Assembly (NCBI GenBank): GCA_965226885.1
Contig: CBDDEL010000015.1
Span: forward strand, 1 to 64,000
DNA from: Opitutales bacterium
GTDB lineage: Bacteria; Verrucomicrobiota; Verrucomicrobiia; Opitutales; UBA2987
Direction of reading: 5' to 3'
Length of the DNA stretch: 64,000 nucleotides
The notes under the pieces are model-generated. The model was given only the letters and a program-made list of their open reading frames with translations, ran no database searches and had not been told where the DNA came from. The position numbers and the translations under genes are program-made. Shown here piece after piece: positions 19,957 through 31,671 of this stretch (its first letter is position 1; each line of letters starts with the position of its first letter).

Positions 19957-20849
19957 TGTTTAATCGCGTTTGCGGAGGGAACTTCCGGTCGCCAGTTTTG
20001 CAAGGCTTTGCCAATGGCTTCACGGACGGGCGTGAGTTCTATGCCCTCCTCGGTTATTTTTGAACTGTCCAGAACGCAACTGGAGCGAGGCGCTTTGGAC
20101 GCCGTTTGCATGAAGGCTTCTTCCGAGGCGAAAAATTGTGGTTCCCACCGGCGCACACCGCTGGCCCGGATGATTTCGACAACCTCCCGCGTAGTTACGC
20201 TGCCGGGGTTCGTCACATTGTAAATGCCGTAGGGAAGTTTATTTTGCCAACATTGTACGGTTGCGCGCACAAAATCGCCCAGATGGGAAAGCGAATTTTC
20301 CACCTCGAGGAGTTTCTCGTAACACATAAGCTTTGATAGGTAGTTGCGAGGGCTGTCGTTTTCATCGAAAGGAATGCGCAACCGCCAGACATAACATTGC
20401 GGCGCCGTCGAGAGGACTTCTTCGCCCAGGGCTTTGCATCCGCTGTAGAAACTGCAATTGTTTTGCCGAAATGAGAAATTAGGCAAATCGACCTCGGTGA
20501 ATCCCTGTCCATCGGCCCTTCGCCCGTTGTAGAGACAGCCCGAGGAAACATGCCCCCAGGGAATCCCCGCCTCGGAACAGGCTTGGGCCACGATGCCAGG
20601 CAGGACGGCATTGCCGAGAAGACAAGCGGCCTTGTTGTCCTCGCAGGCATCCACATTGGGTTTGCCCGTATAACCGGCCGCATTGATTAAAAAATCCGCC
20701 TTGTTTTGATGGAGAAAATTGGCCAATTGAGCAGAATTCGCGCAATCGAGATGCTTTCGCCTCGGGGCAAAGTAATTCACACCATGACTTTGCAGGTAAC
20801 GTCGATAGGCGCTTCCGATATAACCATTGCCTCCAAGCAGGATAATCAT
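19953..20849 (-). CDS. RmlD-like NDP-sugar reductase/epimerase-reductase
   Basis: GGNGYIG, AGYTGKPNVDACE, FYSGCK; overlaps the rfbB start. Confidence 0.8.
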   Translation of the reverse strand: MIILLGGNGYIGSAYRRYLQSHGVNYFAPRRKHLDCANSAQLANFLHQNKADFLINAAGYTGKPNVDACEDNKAACLLGNAVLPGIVAQACSEAGIPWGHVSSGCLYNGRRADGQGFTEVDLPNFSFRQNNCSFYSGCKALGEEVLSTAPQCYVWRLRIPFDENDSPRNYLSKLMCYEKLLEVENSLSHLGDFVRATVQCWQNKLPYGIYNVTNPGSVTTREVVEIIRASGVRRWEPQFFASEEAFMQTASKAPRSSCVLDSSKITEEGIELTPVREAIGKALQNWRPEVPSANAIKQ

Positions 20850-21003
20850 TGCCAGAAATTTACCGCCCAATCGGGTTTATCTTCATAGTTGTTCCAGGAA
20901 TCGATATTTGTCCTAGGGTGAAAATAAAAAATTGCGAAAGGGAAACAATCCCTTATTGCAAAAAAATTCCCTGGCCGCAGAGAAGCGCCAGCATTGGAAT
21001 ATT

Positions 21004-22098
21004 TTACTTTTCGGGAAGGAGAAACAACTGTTTCCCAGCAGGCGGCCGAAAATGAGCGGTGGACAAGGCGGGACTTTGGTTTTGAAGACCGGCCCGGCGG
21101 CAGCCGATGCGGAAGAGCTGCCGCAGTTGCTCTGCCCAGATGCCCCTGCCTTTCATGCGTAGGCCGAATTCGGGATTGTTGAGCTTGCCCCCGCGAAGGT
21201 CTTTCACCCGGCTGAGAATTTTTTCCTTTTCCCACGCATAATGCCGCTCCAGCCAATCGCAGAACAAATCCTTGTTGGCATAGGGCAGGCGTAATACAAT
21301 GTATCCGGCAAATTTCGCCCCGGCTTTCACGGCGGCCTGCAGGATGCGGGGGATTTCCTCCTCATTCAATCCGGGAATGACCGGGGCGATCATAACTCCG
21401 GCCGGGATACAGGCATCTGTGAGCCTTTCAATCGTCTGTAAACGCTGCCGGGGGGAAGACGTTCTTGGCTCCATTCGCCGGCCCAGGGCAGCATCCAGGG
21501 TGGTGATGGACAACGTGACGCTAACCGCCTGGTATCGTGCCAGTTCCGACAAATAATCAATATCTCGTTCAACCAATGAGTTTTTTGTAATGATGGATAC
21601 AGGGTTCCTCAACCGGGCCAGAACCTCTAGGCATCCCCGCGTAATGCCCAGCTTCTTTTCCACCGGTTGGTAGGGATCTGTGACCCCGCTCATGGCCAGA
21701 ACTTCCGGCTTCCACCGTTGCGAGGAAAGCTCCTTTTCCAGCAGCCGGGGGGCATCCTCCTTGACCACAATTTTCGTCTCGAAATCCAGACCCGCGGAAA
21801 AGCCTAGATACTCATGAGTTGGTCGGGCATAGCAATAAACGCACCCATGCTCGCAGCCCCGGTAGGGATTCAAACTCTTGTCAAAACCCACATCCGGACT
21901 GTTGTTCCGAGTAATAATCGAGCAGGAAGAATCCCTAAAATGCTGAGTTTTCAGAACATTGCCCGAATCCTCCGCATCGGAATATCCCTCCGTATCCGGC
22001 TCGGGAATAAACTCCATAGATTCAAACCGGTTGCGCGGATTGCTCAAAGCTCCCCGCCCACGGGCAGGTAAAGGCGAAAGTTTTCCAGCATAACCCAT
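21004..22098 (-). CDS. PA0069-family (SplB-like) radical SAM protein
   Basis: GRGALSNPRNRF, NPYRGCEHGCVYCYARPTH, TDPYQPVE. Confidence 0.92.
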   Translation of the reverse strand: MGYAGKLSPLPARGRGALSNPRNRFESMEFIPEPDTEGYSDAEDSGNVLKTQHFRDSSCSIITRNNSPDVGFDKSLNPYRGCEHGCVYCYARPTHEYLGFSAGLDFETKIVVKEDAPRLLEKELSSQRWKPEVLAMSGVTDPYQPVEKKLGITRGCLEVLARLRNPVSIITKNSLVERDIDYLSELARYQAVSVTLSITTLDAALGRRMEPRTSSPRQRLQTIERLTDACIPAGVMIAPVIPGLNEEEIPRILQAAVKAGAKFAGYIVLRLPYANKDLFCDWLERHYAWEKEKILSRVKDLRGGKLNNPEFGLRMKGRGIWAEQLRQLFRIGCRRAGLQNQSPALSTAHFRPPAGKQLFLLPEK

Positions 22099-22366
22099 AA
22101 TATATGAACATATATATACTATTCATAGAAAAAAACAATTTTTTTCTTTCCCATTTTTACCATCAATACCCGTAGCAGCCATAGTGCATCGCCCAAGGAT
22201 GGATCCGGCACCGACCCGAAAAAGTGCCAATACCTTATGCCGGGCAGTATCTTGCTAAATTTTAAAAACCCCACTGTGATCTTCTTGTTCTTCAAAGAAT
22301 TATGAATCTCCTTGAAAATGCCGGTTGTAAGAATATTGTATCGGATTGTCGCGACGAATTTACAGC

Positions 22367-23651
22367 TGATCGGACCCCATCTTTGCTACCACTTTAAGTG
22401 AGAGTATTTCCGTAGGTTTGGTATTGTAGGTTTTGCAGCGGGTGGCGCAATGAGGCCGTAGGCCGAATGGAGCCAGCCGCTGCTTTGTTGATTGTTCGCC
22501 AGAGTCTGGCAAATGTATTTGGGGAGAGAAAGCCTAATCGGCTGTGGGGGTGTTTCGCGTTGTATTTGTGTCGCCATTGTTCGACCACCACACGCGCTTC
22601 GGTCACGCTCAGGAACAGTTCCTGATTAAGGCATTCATCGCGCAAACGATTATGAAAGGATTCTATATGTCCATTCTGCCAAGGGCTTCCTGGATCAATG
22701 TATGCGATGGCAATTTCCTGTCGCTGCAGTTCTTCTTTGACTTGGTGGGCTATAAACTCCGATCCGTTGTCCGAGCGGATGCACTGAGGTTTGCCGTTCT
22801 CTCTTATGGCATCGTTCAATACCTCTACCACATCGGCACTTTTCAGTGAGCGCGCAACCTTAATGGCCAGGCATTGACGGGTATGTTCATCGATCAGTGT
22901 CAAGAGCCTGAGCGGACCGCCCCGGTCGGTGCGATCCGCCACGAAGTCCCAACTCCACACATGGTTGGGCTGCACTGCTCGGGTCGGGGTAGCCGTGGAT
23001 TGGCCCTGCCGGCGACGGCGCTTGCCAGACGGGCGCACACCCAGTCCTTCGAAACGACGCACTTTTTGGACGAATTTGCGACTCACGGGCCAACCTTCAT
23101 GGGTCAACAAAGCGCGGATCCGACGATAGCCATAGCGCGGATGCTTCTTCGAAAAGGCAATGATGCGTGCCACCAGTTTATGCCTATACTCAGTAGCTTT
23201 CTTGGGTTCATACAGGTAGGTTGAGCGGTGCAACCCAAAATACTGACAGGCCCGACGCAGCGAGCACGACCCTTGGGCCAATACATGCTTCACCGCTTCC
23301 TTTTTCTGCTTCGGGCCTACCATTTTTTTGCGTTCACCTCCTTGAGCACACGGTTCTCCAGCATCTGCTCGGCTACAATCTTCTTAAGCTGTGTGTTCTC
23401 GCGCTCCAGCTCCTTCAGCCGCTTGGCGTCACGCAGCTCCATGCGGCCATACTTTTTACGCCAACGATGGTAGCTTTGAGGACTGATATTGTGGGACCGA
23501 CAGACATCCTGAATGCCTTTGCCTGCGTCTACTTCGCGCAGTATCGTTATGATTTGTTCAGGGGTGTATCTTTTTTGCTTCATAGGTCTTTCCGGTAATT
23601 TCTCCAGAAAGACTCTCACTGGCAATGGTAGTGTTTTCGGCGGTCACATCA
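22367..23651 (-). mobile_element. IS3-family (IS407 group) element, 1285 bp
   Basis: TG...CA ends; 4-bp target duplication CAGC (22363-22366, 23652-23655); orfA 23317..23583 (MKQKRYTPEQII) and orfB 22394..23323 (WSWDF, SDNGSEF, PWQNGHIESF), with an A7 run at the junction. Confidence 0.94.
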
Positions 23652-23692
23652 CAGCCTACAATATGTCAAACAGCAATTATTAAGAAGACATC

Positions 23693-24220
23693 ATGCTTTC
23701 TTTGAAACAAATTGCACCACGTTGGGTGAAAAGACCTGCGCTCAGATTAATGTCGAAATATCGGCGAGCAATCTGGCCCTATCGAAAAGCAACTAGTAGC
23801 AGCCGGTCATTACCTGATTTCATAATAATTGGAGCTCAAAAATCTGGAACCTCAAGCTTGTATCTCTATTTAGGTCAACATCCTCAGCTTTTGCCATCCT
23901 TAAAGAAAGAAATCCGTTTTTTCGATGGAGGATATAACCCCAATATTGACAATTTTGAAAAAGGACAAGCGTGGTATCGTGCTCACTTCCCGTTCAGAAA
24001 AAATGTGGGTACTCATTCCAGGACGTTTGAAGCATCGTCTATCACTATTTTTAATCCACTCACCCCAAGACGGATTTTCGATCTTGTCCCGGAGGTAAAG
24101 CTTATTGCTGTTTTGAGAAATCCAACAGAACGGGCTATATCTCATTATTTCCATGAAAAGAGGCGAGGCCGCGAGCAGTTACCCATTATGGAGGCTCTGC
24201 AGAAAGAGGAAACGCGATTG
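23693..24220 (+). pseudogene. PAPS-dependent sulfotransferase, 3'-truncated by IS1
   Basis: LPDFIIIGAQKSGTSSL (5'-PSB loop) and RNPTERAISHY (3'-PB); the ORF runs into the IS1 IR. Confidence 0.85.
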
Positions 24221-25022
24221 GGTAGTGTATAAAAAAAGAATGTTATTTTGTATTTTTAGCTGTACAAATAGCGTTAGGCAGTTTATTCTTAGTGCATGGT
24301 TACTAAAATTATTAATTGTCGGCACTGTGGAAGTGAAAATATCATTAAATTTGGCAAGACGCCCAACCATAAACAGCGCTACCGCTGCCATGATTGTGGT
24401 AAACAAAGCCGCGAAAACCCCACAGTGAAATACACCGAAGAGCAAAAAGAAATGATCCTTCGAGTCTATCAGGAACGCAGCAGTCTACGCGGTTTACAGC
24501 GCGCCTTCGGGGTGAGTCCCAACACCGTTTTGAGTTGGTTAAAAAAAACGACAATCGCTGCGACCGCTCAAAAGCACGATTCTTGCGGCCCGCCGCCATG
24601 ATGTCATTGAACTGGACGAACTGTGGTCTTTTGTGGGGCGCAAGAGCGATGCCCAATGGGTTTGGATCGCTCTTTGCCGACGCACCCGTCAAATCCTCTC
24701 CTATGCCATTGGGCCTCGGGATTGGTATCGTTGCCGGGAACTTTACGAGCGTCTGCCACGGGCCTACAAAAGATGTGCCACCTACAGCGACTTTTGGAGC
24801 ACTTATGATGAAGTCTTTCCTCATAACCGATCCGTGGGAAAAGAAACCGGTGAAACGGCCCATGTGGAACGATGGAACAATACCCTGCGCCAACGACTGG
24901 GTCGTTTCACACGCAAAACCCTCTCCTTTTCCAAGCTTAAGAGTATGCATGAAACCTGTCTGAGACTTTTCATTCATCAATATAATCAAGAATTAGCCAC
25001 CATTCCTACTTAATACACTACC
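24221..25022 (+). mobile_element. IS1-family element, copy B (802 bp)
   Basis: IRs GGTAGTGTAT/ATACACTACC; InsA 24296..24601; InsB frame DVIELDELWSFVG...[12 protein letters not shown] ending 25013; no target duplication. Confidence 0.93.
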
Positions 25023-25079
25023 GTTAATTCCCCAAAATATCTGAAATACAGACCATATCAATAAGATCCAGCAGCGATT

Positions 25080-26387
25080 TCAGGCGACCCCTTTTTTCTG
25101 GATGTCTTTTGGTTTTAGCAAGTAGGGTTGTAGGTCTTTCATGGCCCTTTTTGGAGGGGTGCAAAATATACGGATGCCTTCGTCTTCGGCTTCCTCTTTC
25201 AGTACGCAGCCCATTTCGTGCAGGCGGTGGCGGAGGTCGTAACGATCGTGCGGTATGAGAAGTTCCCGCACGTTGTCGTCTTCATCCAGTATTTTCTCCA
25301 GGCGGCTGATGAGCCCTTCCATCCCTTCTCCCGTTTTGAGGCTGACGTAACAGGCTCCATTGAGCCCCTCTATCCTGAAATCGCGTTTCTCTTCTTCGCT
25401 TCTTAGATCGATTTTGTTGTAAACCGTCAAAATCCGCTTTTCCTCCACCCCCAAGTCTTTAAGCACTTCCAGGGTGGTGGCCGCTTGCTGAAAGCAATCG
25501 GGGTTGGCTGCATCGATGATGTGGATGAGAAAATCGGCCACCAAAGCCTCTTCCAGGGTGGCTTTGAAGGCCTCAACCAAGTGATGGGGCAGGTTGCGCA
25601 CGAAACCCACGGTGTCGGTCAGCAGAAGAACTCGGCCAGAAGGCAGTTCCAGGCGTCGGGTGGTGGGATCGAGGGTTGCGAACAGCTTGTCCTCTACTAG
25701 GCTGTCGGCCTGTGTGAGGTAATTTAGGAGGGAGGATTTGCCCGCATTGGTATAGCCGACGATGGCCGCGGCGGGCATGGAAACTTTCAACCTTTGGCTG
25801 CGTTGCACGGCACGGTGTTTCAAGACCAGGGCCAGTTCACTTTTCAGGTGGGCGATGCGCTTGCGCACCAGGCGCTGGTCGATCTCGATCTGCGCCTCCC
25901 CCTCCCCTCGTTGGGTGATACCCCCTCCGCGCTGTCGGCTGAGGTGTGTCCAGGCCCGTTTGAGGCGCGGCAACGAGTAGGTCATGCGGGCCAGATCGAC
26001 CTGTAAAACGGCCTCCTTGGTCTGCGCCCGCCGGGCAAAGATATCGAGGATGACCTCATGCCGGTCGATCACGCAAAGCCCGCTCTCCTTTTCCCAATTG
26101 CGCTGTTGGCCGGGAGTGAGTTCATTATCGAAAATCACTGCGTCGCAATCGAGTTGACGAGCCTTCTGCACGATTTCCGCCACCTTTCCCTTGCCCAGAA
26201 AAAACCTCGCGCTGGTAGATCTCAGGGGAGCTATTACTTCGCCCGCCACCTCAATATCTATGGTTTGGGTCAATTCACGCAGCTCCGCCAGCGAACTTTC
26301 CAATGCCTCTCGCGACTCACGCTGCCGCAAGGCACCCACCAGTAAGGCCCTCTCCACCTGCTGCGGTTTTTCCTTAATTTCAAACAT
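25080..26387 (-). CDS. hflX: Ribosome-splitting GTPase HflX
   Basis: GYTNAGKS, LFATLDPTTR, DTVGF, NKID. Confidence 0.96.
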   Translation of the reverse strand: MFEIKEKPQQVERALLVGALRQRESREALESSLAELRELTQTIDIEVAGEVIAPLRSTSARFFLGKGKVAEIVQKARQLDCDAVIFDNELTPGQQRNWEKESGLCVIDRHEVILDIFARRAQTKEAVLQVDLARMTYSLPRLKRAWTHLSRQRGGGITQRGEGEAQIEIDQRLVRKRIAHLKSELALVLKHRAVQRSQRLKVSMPAAAIVGYTNAGKSSLLNYLTQADSLVEDKLFATLDPTTRRLELPSGRVLLLTDTVGFVRNLPHHLVEAFKATLEEALVADFLIHIIDAANPDCFQQAATTLEVLKDLGVEEKRILTVYNKIDLRSEEEKRDFRIEGLNGACYVSLKTGEGMEGLISRLEKILDEDDNVRELLIPHDRYDLRHRLHEMGCVLKEEAEDEGIRIFCTPPKRAMKDLQPYLLKPKDIQKKGVA

Positions 26388-26685
26388 ACTAATCAGTCAT
26401 TCCGTTTTTGTCCCCTATCCCGAGTTCGCCATGCCTTAAATCCTATTGCCATGAATCAACATTTTCAACTAACTGCCTCGGAAAACAACGCCTAAATTAA
26501 ACACCCATATGTCTGGTGTCAATCTGTGCAGATGACAATCAGGAGTTGAACAATCTCTGGATGAATCAATAAAATTCAGCTTTAAAATTTACTTCCCACT
26601 ATTAGCGGATTAATGTTGTAGAAATTCGGTTATCCCAAAGTTTTTTTCTGTTTGATGGGTTAACCGTCTGCAATATTTGATAGGT

Positions 26686-27271
26686 ATGATCACTGCTGAA
26701 CTGGATGGCATATTGGAGTTTCTTCGCCATGCCGAGAGACTCAAAATCGTGACCCGCACGGCCTTTACATCGGAAGGTGACCGGGGAGTGTGTGGCGGCG
26801 CACACCTGGCGTCTCTGCTTGATGTCGTTGGTCTTTGAGGAGAATTTTCCAGATATAAACTACTCCAAACTGGTCAAGATGTGCATCATTCACGATCTCG
26901 GGGAAGCCATCGGCGGGGACATTCCGGCCATTGAGCAGGAGGCGGGTAAAAGTAAAGCCGCTGAGGAAAGGCAGGACCTGCTAACCTTGCTCCAGCCGCT
27001 TCCCGGGCGGGTGCAAAAGCATGTGGTGGAATTATGGGACGAGTATGAAGAGGCCGCCTCTCCCGAGGCTAAACTAGCCAAGGGCCTCGATAAACTCGAA
27101 ACCATAATGCAACACAATCAAGGCAAGAATCCACCCGATTTCGATTACCGTTTTAACCTGGAATACGGAAAAAATTACACGGCTAGACATCCATTGATTA
27201 TGGCGATCAGAACCATTCTGGATCGTGAAACAGAGGTGCGCGCAAACGAATCCGTTAAAAAACCCTTTTAA
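26686..27271 (+). pseudogene. HD-domain phosphohydrolase (YfbR/HD_3-like), frameshifted
   Basis: MITAELDGILEFLRHAERLK...SEGDR joins ECVAAHTW...IHDLGEAI...DKLE only if one G of the run at ~26782-26785 is removed; could be a sequencing error. Confidence 0.7.
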
Positions 27272-27306
27272 CGGACAATCATTTTCAGACGGCTGCGCTT
27301 AAGGGA

Positions 27307-30078
27307 TCAGCCTTCCTCCAATACGGCCTGGGCTGCGGCCAGCCGGGCCACGGGGACTCGGGGTGGGGAACAGCTTACGTAATCGAGGCCGACTCGGTGG
27401 AAGAATTTGACGGAATCGGGGTCGCCTCCGTGTTCGCCGCAGATGCCCAGTTTCAGGTTCGGCTTGGCCGACCGGCCACGCTCAACGGCGATTTCCACTA
27501 CCCGGCCCACTCCGTCCAGGTCGAGGGAGGCGAAGGGATTGCGGGCCAGGATTTCCTTGTCCTGATAAGTGGACAGGAAACTGCCGGAATCGTCCCGGCT
27601 CATGCCCAGGGTGGTCTGGGTGAGGTCGTTGGTGCCGAAGCTGAAAAAGTCGGCTTTTTGAGCGATTTCCCCGGCTTGCATGGCGGCCCTCGGGATTTCA
27701 ATCATGGTGCCGACGAGGTATTTAATTTTCACTTTTTTCTTTTCCTGCACCTCGGCCGCCACCCGGTGGATGATGGCCACCTGGTTTTTCAATTCTTCGG
27801 CAAATCCGACCAGCGGCACCATGATTTCCGGCTTCACCCGGATTGGGTTTTTTCCTTTTTGCACCTGCACGGCCGCCTCAATGATGGCCCGGGCCTGCAT
27901 TTCGGTGATTTCCGGGTAACTGATGCCCAGGCGGCAGCCGCGGTGGCCGAGCATGGGGTTTTCTTCGTGCAGGGCGCGCACGCGTTCCATGACGATTTCG
28001 GGGGTGACGCCCAATTCCTCGGCCAGGGCCCGGCGGGAGGCGTCGTCCTGGGGCAGAAACTCGTGCAGAGGCGGATCGAGCAGGCGGATGGTGACCGGGC
28101 GGCTGCCCATGGCCCGGAAGATGCCGGCAAAATCCCGCCTTTGCATCGGCAGGAGTTTTTTCAAGGCCGCTTTGCGCTCGCTTTCATCGGTGGCAAGAAT
28201 CATCTGGCGCATGTGGGTTATACGGTCGCCCTCGAAAAACATATGTTCGGTGCGGCATAAGCCGATGCCTTCGGCCCCGAGGGCGACGGCTTGTCTGGAT
28301 TGGAGTGGCGAATCGGCGTTGGTGCGCACCTGCAACCGGCGGTGCTTGTCGGCCCAATTCATGACCTTGTTGAAAAGCTGGAAAGTATAACTTTTTTCAG
28401 GTTTCAGCTTGCCGTCGAGCACCTGGTTGACTTCCGACGGTGAGGTGTCCACATGCCCGGCAAAAACCTCGCCGGTGGTTCCGTCGAGGGAGATATCGTC
28501 CCCTTCGCGCAGGAGGGTTTTACCTGCCTTGAGGGTGCGCGAGCCGTAATCCATCTCGATGGCCTGGGCGCCGCAAACGCAGACTTTGCCCATCTGCCGG
28601 GCGACCAGGGCGGCGTGCGAACTGACACCCCCGCGAGAGGTAAGAATGCCTTCCGAGGCGATCATGCCCCGTAGGTCATCGGGAGAGGTTTCGATCCGGC
28701 ATAAAACCACTTTTTCGCCCCGCTGGGCGCGCCACTCGGCCTGGCTGGCGGAAAAAACCACTTTGCCCGTGGCTGCCCCGGGTCCAGCTGGCAGACCGGT
28801 GGCGATTTTTTTGGCCAGGCGGCGGGTTTTCTCGTCGAAAACGGGCACCAAAAGGCTGGAAATCGAATCGGCGGGAATCTTGGTCAGCGCCGTTTTAATG
28901 TCCATGAGGCGTTCCTTGACCATTTCCACGGCGATGCGCACGGCGGCCAGGCCGGTGCGTTTTCCGTGGCGGGTCTGCAACATGTAAAGGGTTCCCTCCT
29001 CCACCGTAAACTCGAAGTCCTGCATATCCCGGAAGTGTTTTTCGAGGGTTTTGCGAACCTTTTCCAGTTTCCCGTGGGCTACCGGCATCTCCTCGGCCAG
29101 CAAGGCAATCGGTTTTGGGGTGCGCACCCCGGCCACCACATCCTCGCCCTGGGCGTTGATGAGGTACTCGCCGTAAAAGACTTTTTCGCCATTGGCCGGA
29201 TCGCGGGTAAAGGCGACGCCGGTGGCACAGTTATCGCCCATGTTGCCGAAGACCATGGTCTGCACATTGACGGCCGTGCCCCACTCGGCGGGGATATTGT
29301 ATTTTTGCCGGTAAACGATGGCCCGCTCGTTCTGCCAGGAACTGAACACCGCACTGACAGAGCCCCAGAGTTGCTCGAAGACATCTTGCGGAAAGCTTTC
29401 TTTAGTTCGCTGCTTAATGAGCTTCTGGTATTGTTTTATCAATTCCTGCAAATCTTCCGCCGTGAGATCGGCATCGTCCGTCACTTCGCGCTCCCTTTTG
29501 AGCTTCTCCAAAATAGCGTCGAACGGTTCGTGGTCGGTCTCATGCTTGGGTTGGACGCCCATGACGACATCGCCGTACATCTGGATAAAGCGCCGATAGC
29601 AATCGTAGGCAAACCGCGCGTTGCCGGATTTTTCGGCCAGTCCGGCAACAGTTTCGTCGTTCAGGCCGAGGTTGAGGATGGTGTCCATCATGCCGGGCAT
29701 GGAATCCCGCGCCCCCGAGCGGACGGAAAAAAGGAGCGGATCCTTGGCATCCCCGAATTTTTTGCCCATTTGCTTTTCCACCGAGGCAACAGCCTGGCGC
29801 ACCCCGGCTTCAAGACCGTCCGGGTAGGACTGTTTGTTCTCGTAAAAATAGCTACAGACCTCGGTGGTGATAGTAAAACCGGGCGGCACCGGCAGGCCGA
29901 TGCGGGCCATTTCTGCCAGGTTGGCGCCTTTTCCACCAAGGAGCGGTTTCATGCCGCTGTCCCCGTCCACTTTATTGCCGAAGGCGTAGATATATTTTTT
30001 TCGCCTTATGTTTTTCTTATTGCCGGCAATGCTGCGGGCCTTGCGGGCTGGTTTTTTGGCTTTAACTTTTTTTGGCAT
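27307..30078 (-). CDS. ppdK: Pyruvate, phosphate dikinase
   Basis: [50 protein letters not shown]. Confidence 0.98.
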   Translation of the reverse strand: MPKKVKAKKPARKARSIAGNKKNIRRKKYIYAFGNKVDGDSGMKPLLGGKGANLAEMARIGLPVPPGFTITTEVCSYFYENKQSYPDGLEAGVRQAVASVEKQMGKKFGDAKDPLLFSVRSGARDSMPGMMDTILNLGLNDETVAGLAEKSGNARFAYDCYRRFIQMYGDVVMGVQPKHETDHEPFDAILEKLKREREVTDDADLTAEDLQELIKQYQKLIKQRTKESFPQDVFEQLWGSVSAVFSSWQNERAIVYRQKYNIPAEWGTAVNVQTMVFGNMGDNCATGVAFTRDPANGEKVFYGEYLINAQGEDVVAGVRTPKPIALLAEEMPVAHGKLEKVRKTLEKHFRDMQDFEFTVEEGTLYMLQTRHGKRTGLAAVRIAVEMVKERLMDIKTALTKIPADSISSLLVPVFDEKTRRLAKKIATGLPAGPGAATGKVVFSASQAEWRAQRGEKVVLCRIETSPDDLRGMIASEGILTSRGGVSSHAALVARQMGKVCVCGAQAIEMDYGSRTLKAGKTLLREGDDISLDGTTGEVFAGHVDTSPSEVNQVLDGKLKPEKSYTFQLFNKVMNWADKHRRLQVRTNADSPLQSRQAVALGAEGIGLCRTEHMFFEGDRITHMRQMILATDESERKAALKKLLPMQRRDFAGIFRAMGSRPVTIRLLDPPLHEFLPQDDASRRALAEELGVTPEIVMERVRALHEENPMLGHRGCRLGISYPEITEMQARAIIEAAVQVQKGKNPIRVKPEIMVPLVGFAEELKNQVAIIHRVAAEVQEKKKVKIKYLVGTMIEIPRAAMQAGEIAQKADFFSFGTNDLTQTTLGMSRDDSGSFLSTYQDKEILARNPFASLDLDGVGRVVEIAVERGRSAKPNLKLGICGEHGGDPDSVKFFHRVGLDYVSCSPPRVPVARLAAAQAVLEEG

Positions 30079-30324
30079 ACGGATTGGTTCGGTATGACCG
30101 GCAGGACGACCCCGCACGGCTCTGTTGGAATGAATTTTAGCTTTTTGGAATAGGGTTTCTTGTGAAAAAAGTGACAGGAAAACCTCTCGTCCTTGACCTG
30201 TCAATGGAAAGGGCCACAGGTTGCCCTCCCATAAAATTGAATATATAATCTTTCCAAGAGGGTGGCCTGCGTGTAGGAGAAGATGTTTTTAATAAATCCA
30301 CCTCAATTACCAATTTTTCAACGC

Positions 30325-31236
30325 ATGAAGGCAAACATCCCAACTTCAGGCCAGGCACAGGAGTCTGAAAAGGTGGATTCCAGGACGGAAATGAGTTTCC
30401 TCGACCACCTGGAGGATTTGCGCGGCACCCTCATACGTTGCATCATTGTTTTTATAGTCGCTTGCATGCTGGTTATGACATTCATGAAGTATTTTGCCGA
30501 CATGCTCAACTGGCCTTTGCAGTTTGCCCTCGGCGATGATGTCGAACTGGTTGAGCGTCCGCCCATCTATACCGGAGCAGGCACTACCGCAGCCGCCCCC
30601 GATCCATCTATGCCCTCGCCATCGCCAACTGCGAGTGGAGGGCAAAAAAGGCAATTCGGGCTCATCACAACCAGCCCCATGGCTGTTTTTTCGGTCATAT
30701 TACAAGTCAGCTTTCTCGGCGGCTTCGCCCTCTCGCTGCCCTTCATGCTCTTTTTCATATCGCGGTTTATCGTCCCCGGCTTGAATCCTCAAGAGATGTC
30801 CATCCTCAAACCGGCCTGCATGGCGGCTTTTTTACTGTTTGCGATCGGAGTATCGTTCAGTTACTTCGCGCTCGTTCCCGCCTCCCTCAAAGCCTCCATT
30901 TTTTTCAATGAGCTTTTCGGCTACCAGGTGCTGTGGTCCGCGGATCGTTATTATGCCCTTTTGGTCTGGATGACGATGGGCATCGGGATCAGTTTTCAGT
31001 TTCCCCTGGTGCTCGTAATTCTCGTCTATGTGGGCATTCTGGACACCGTAAAATTGAAGGCTTTTCGCCCTTACAGCATAGTGGTATTTTTAATCGTGGC
31101 CGCGGTCGTGACCCCAACCACCGATCCTATCACCTTCCTCTTGTTGGCCGTCCCCATGAGCTTTCTCTATGAACTCGCCATACAGGTTTCAAAAAGGGTA
31201 GAGCGCAAGATGGGCCGGGAACCCACCGCCCGCTGA
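30325..31236 (+). CDS. tatC: Twin-arginine translocase subunit TatC
   Basis: EMSFLDHLEDLR, FIVPGL, FQFP, AAVVTPTTDP, LYE. Confidence 0.93.
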   Translation: MKANIPTSGQAQESEKVDSRTEMSFLDHLEDLRGTLIRCIIVFIVACMLVMTFMKYFADMLNWPLQFALGDDVELVERPPIYTGAGTTAAAPDPSMPSPSPTASGGQKRQFGLITTSPMAVFSVILQVSFLGGFALSLPFMLFFISRFIVPGLNPQEMSILKPACMAAFLLFAIGVSFSYFALVPASLKASIFFNELFGYQVLWSADRYYALLVWMTMGIGISFQFPLVLVILVYVGILDTVKLKAFRPYSIVVFLIVAAVVTPTTDPITFLLLAVPMSFLYELAIQVSKRVERKMGREPTAR

Positions 31237-31671
31237 TTACCTTTTCTGGCGGGTCACCGAGTCGCGCTCGTCCTCGTTGGTGATAATAAAATAAACGAGG
31301 TCTTCAGAATCACTTGGGTTGAACATGCGGTGGGAAGTGCCCGGCGGCTGCACAATACAATCGCCCGGGCCGACCTCGAAAGAATGCTCGTTGCGGTAAA
31401 CGATGCCTTGGCCGGACAGGATGGTATAAAATTCCGTCCAATGGGTATGGGTGTGCTGGTACCAATTGTGGCGACCCGGCGGCACGGCCACGTGCTCGAT
31501 ATCGAAGGGCCATGGAGCCCCCTCGGAAGCTCCCAACGCCCGCGAAAGCAAACGCCGATGGGTGTGAAACCGGCCTTGGCCGTAAACACACTTTTCGGGA
31601 GCAATTTCAGAAATGTTGATTTTTTCGACGCTCATGGGCCAGAACGATGAGGCGGTGGCAGGACCATTCAA
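31237..31671 (-). CDS. Cupin domain protein (start may be 31635)
   Basis: HTH...EFYTILSG...GDCIVQPPG..H cupin motifs. Confidence 0.85.
   Translation of the reverse strand: MNGPATASSFWPMSVEKINISEIAPEKCVYGQGRFHTHRRLLSRALGASEGAPWPFDIEHVAVPPGRHNWYQHTHTHWTEFYTILSGQGIVYRNEHSFEVGPGDCIVQPPGTSHRMFNPSDSEDLVYFIITNEDERDSVTRQKR

Noticed and set aside
27397..30153. Long antisense ORFs opposite ppdK (also opposite glgP, ftsK, ribB and the transposases)
   Set aside because: Shadow ORFs expected from GC-rich codon usage; no motifs.
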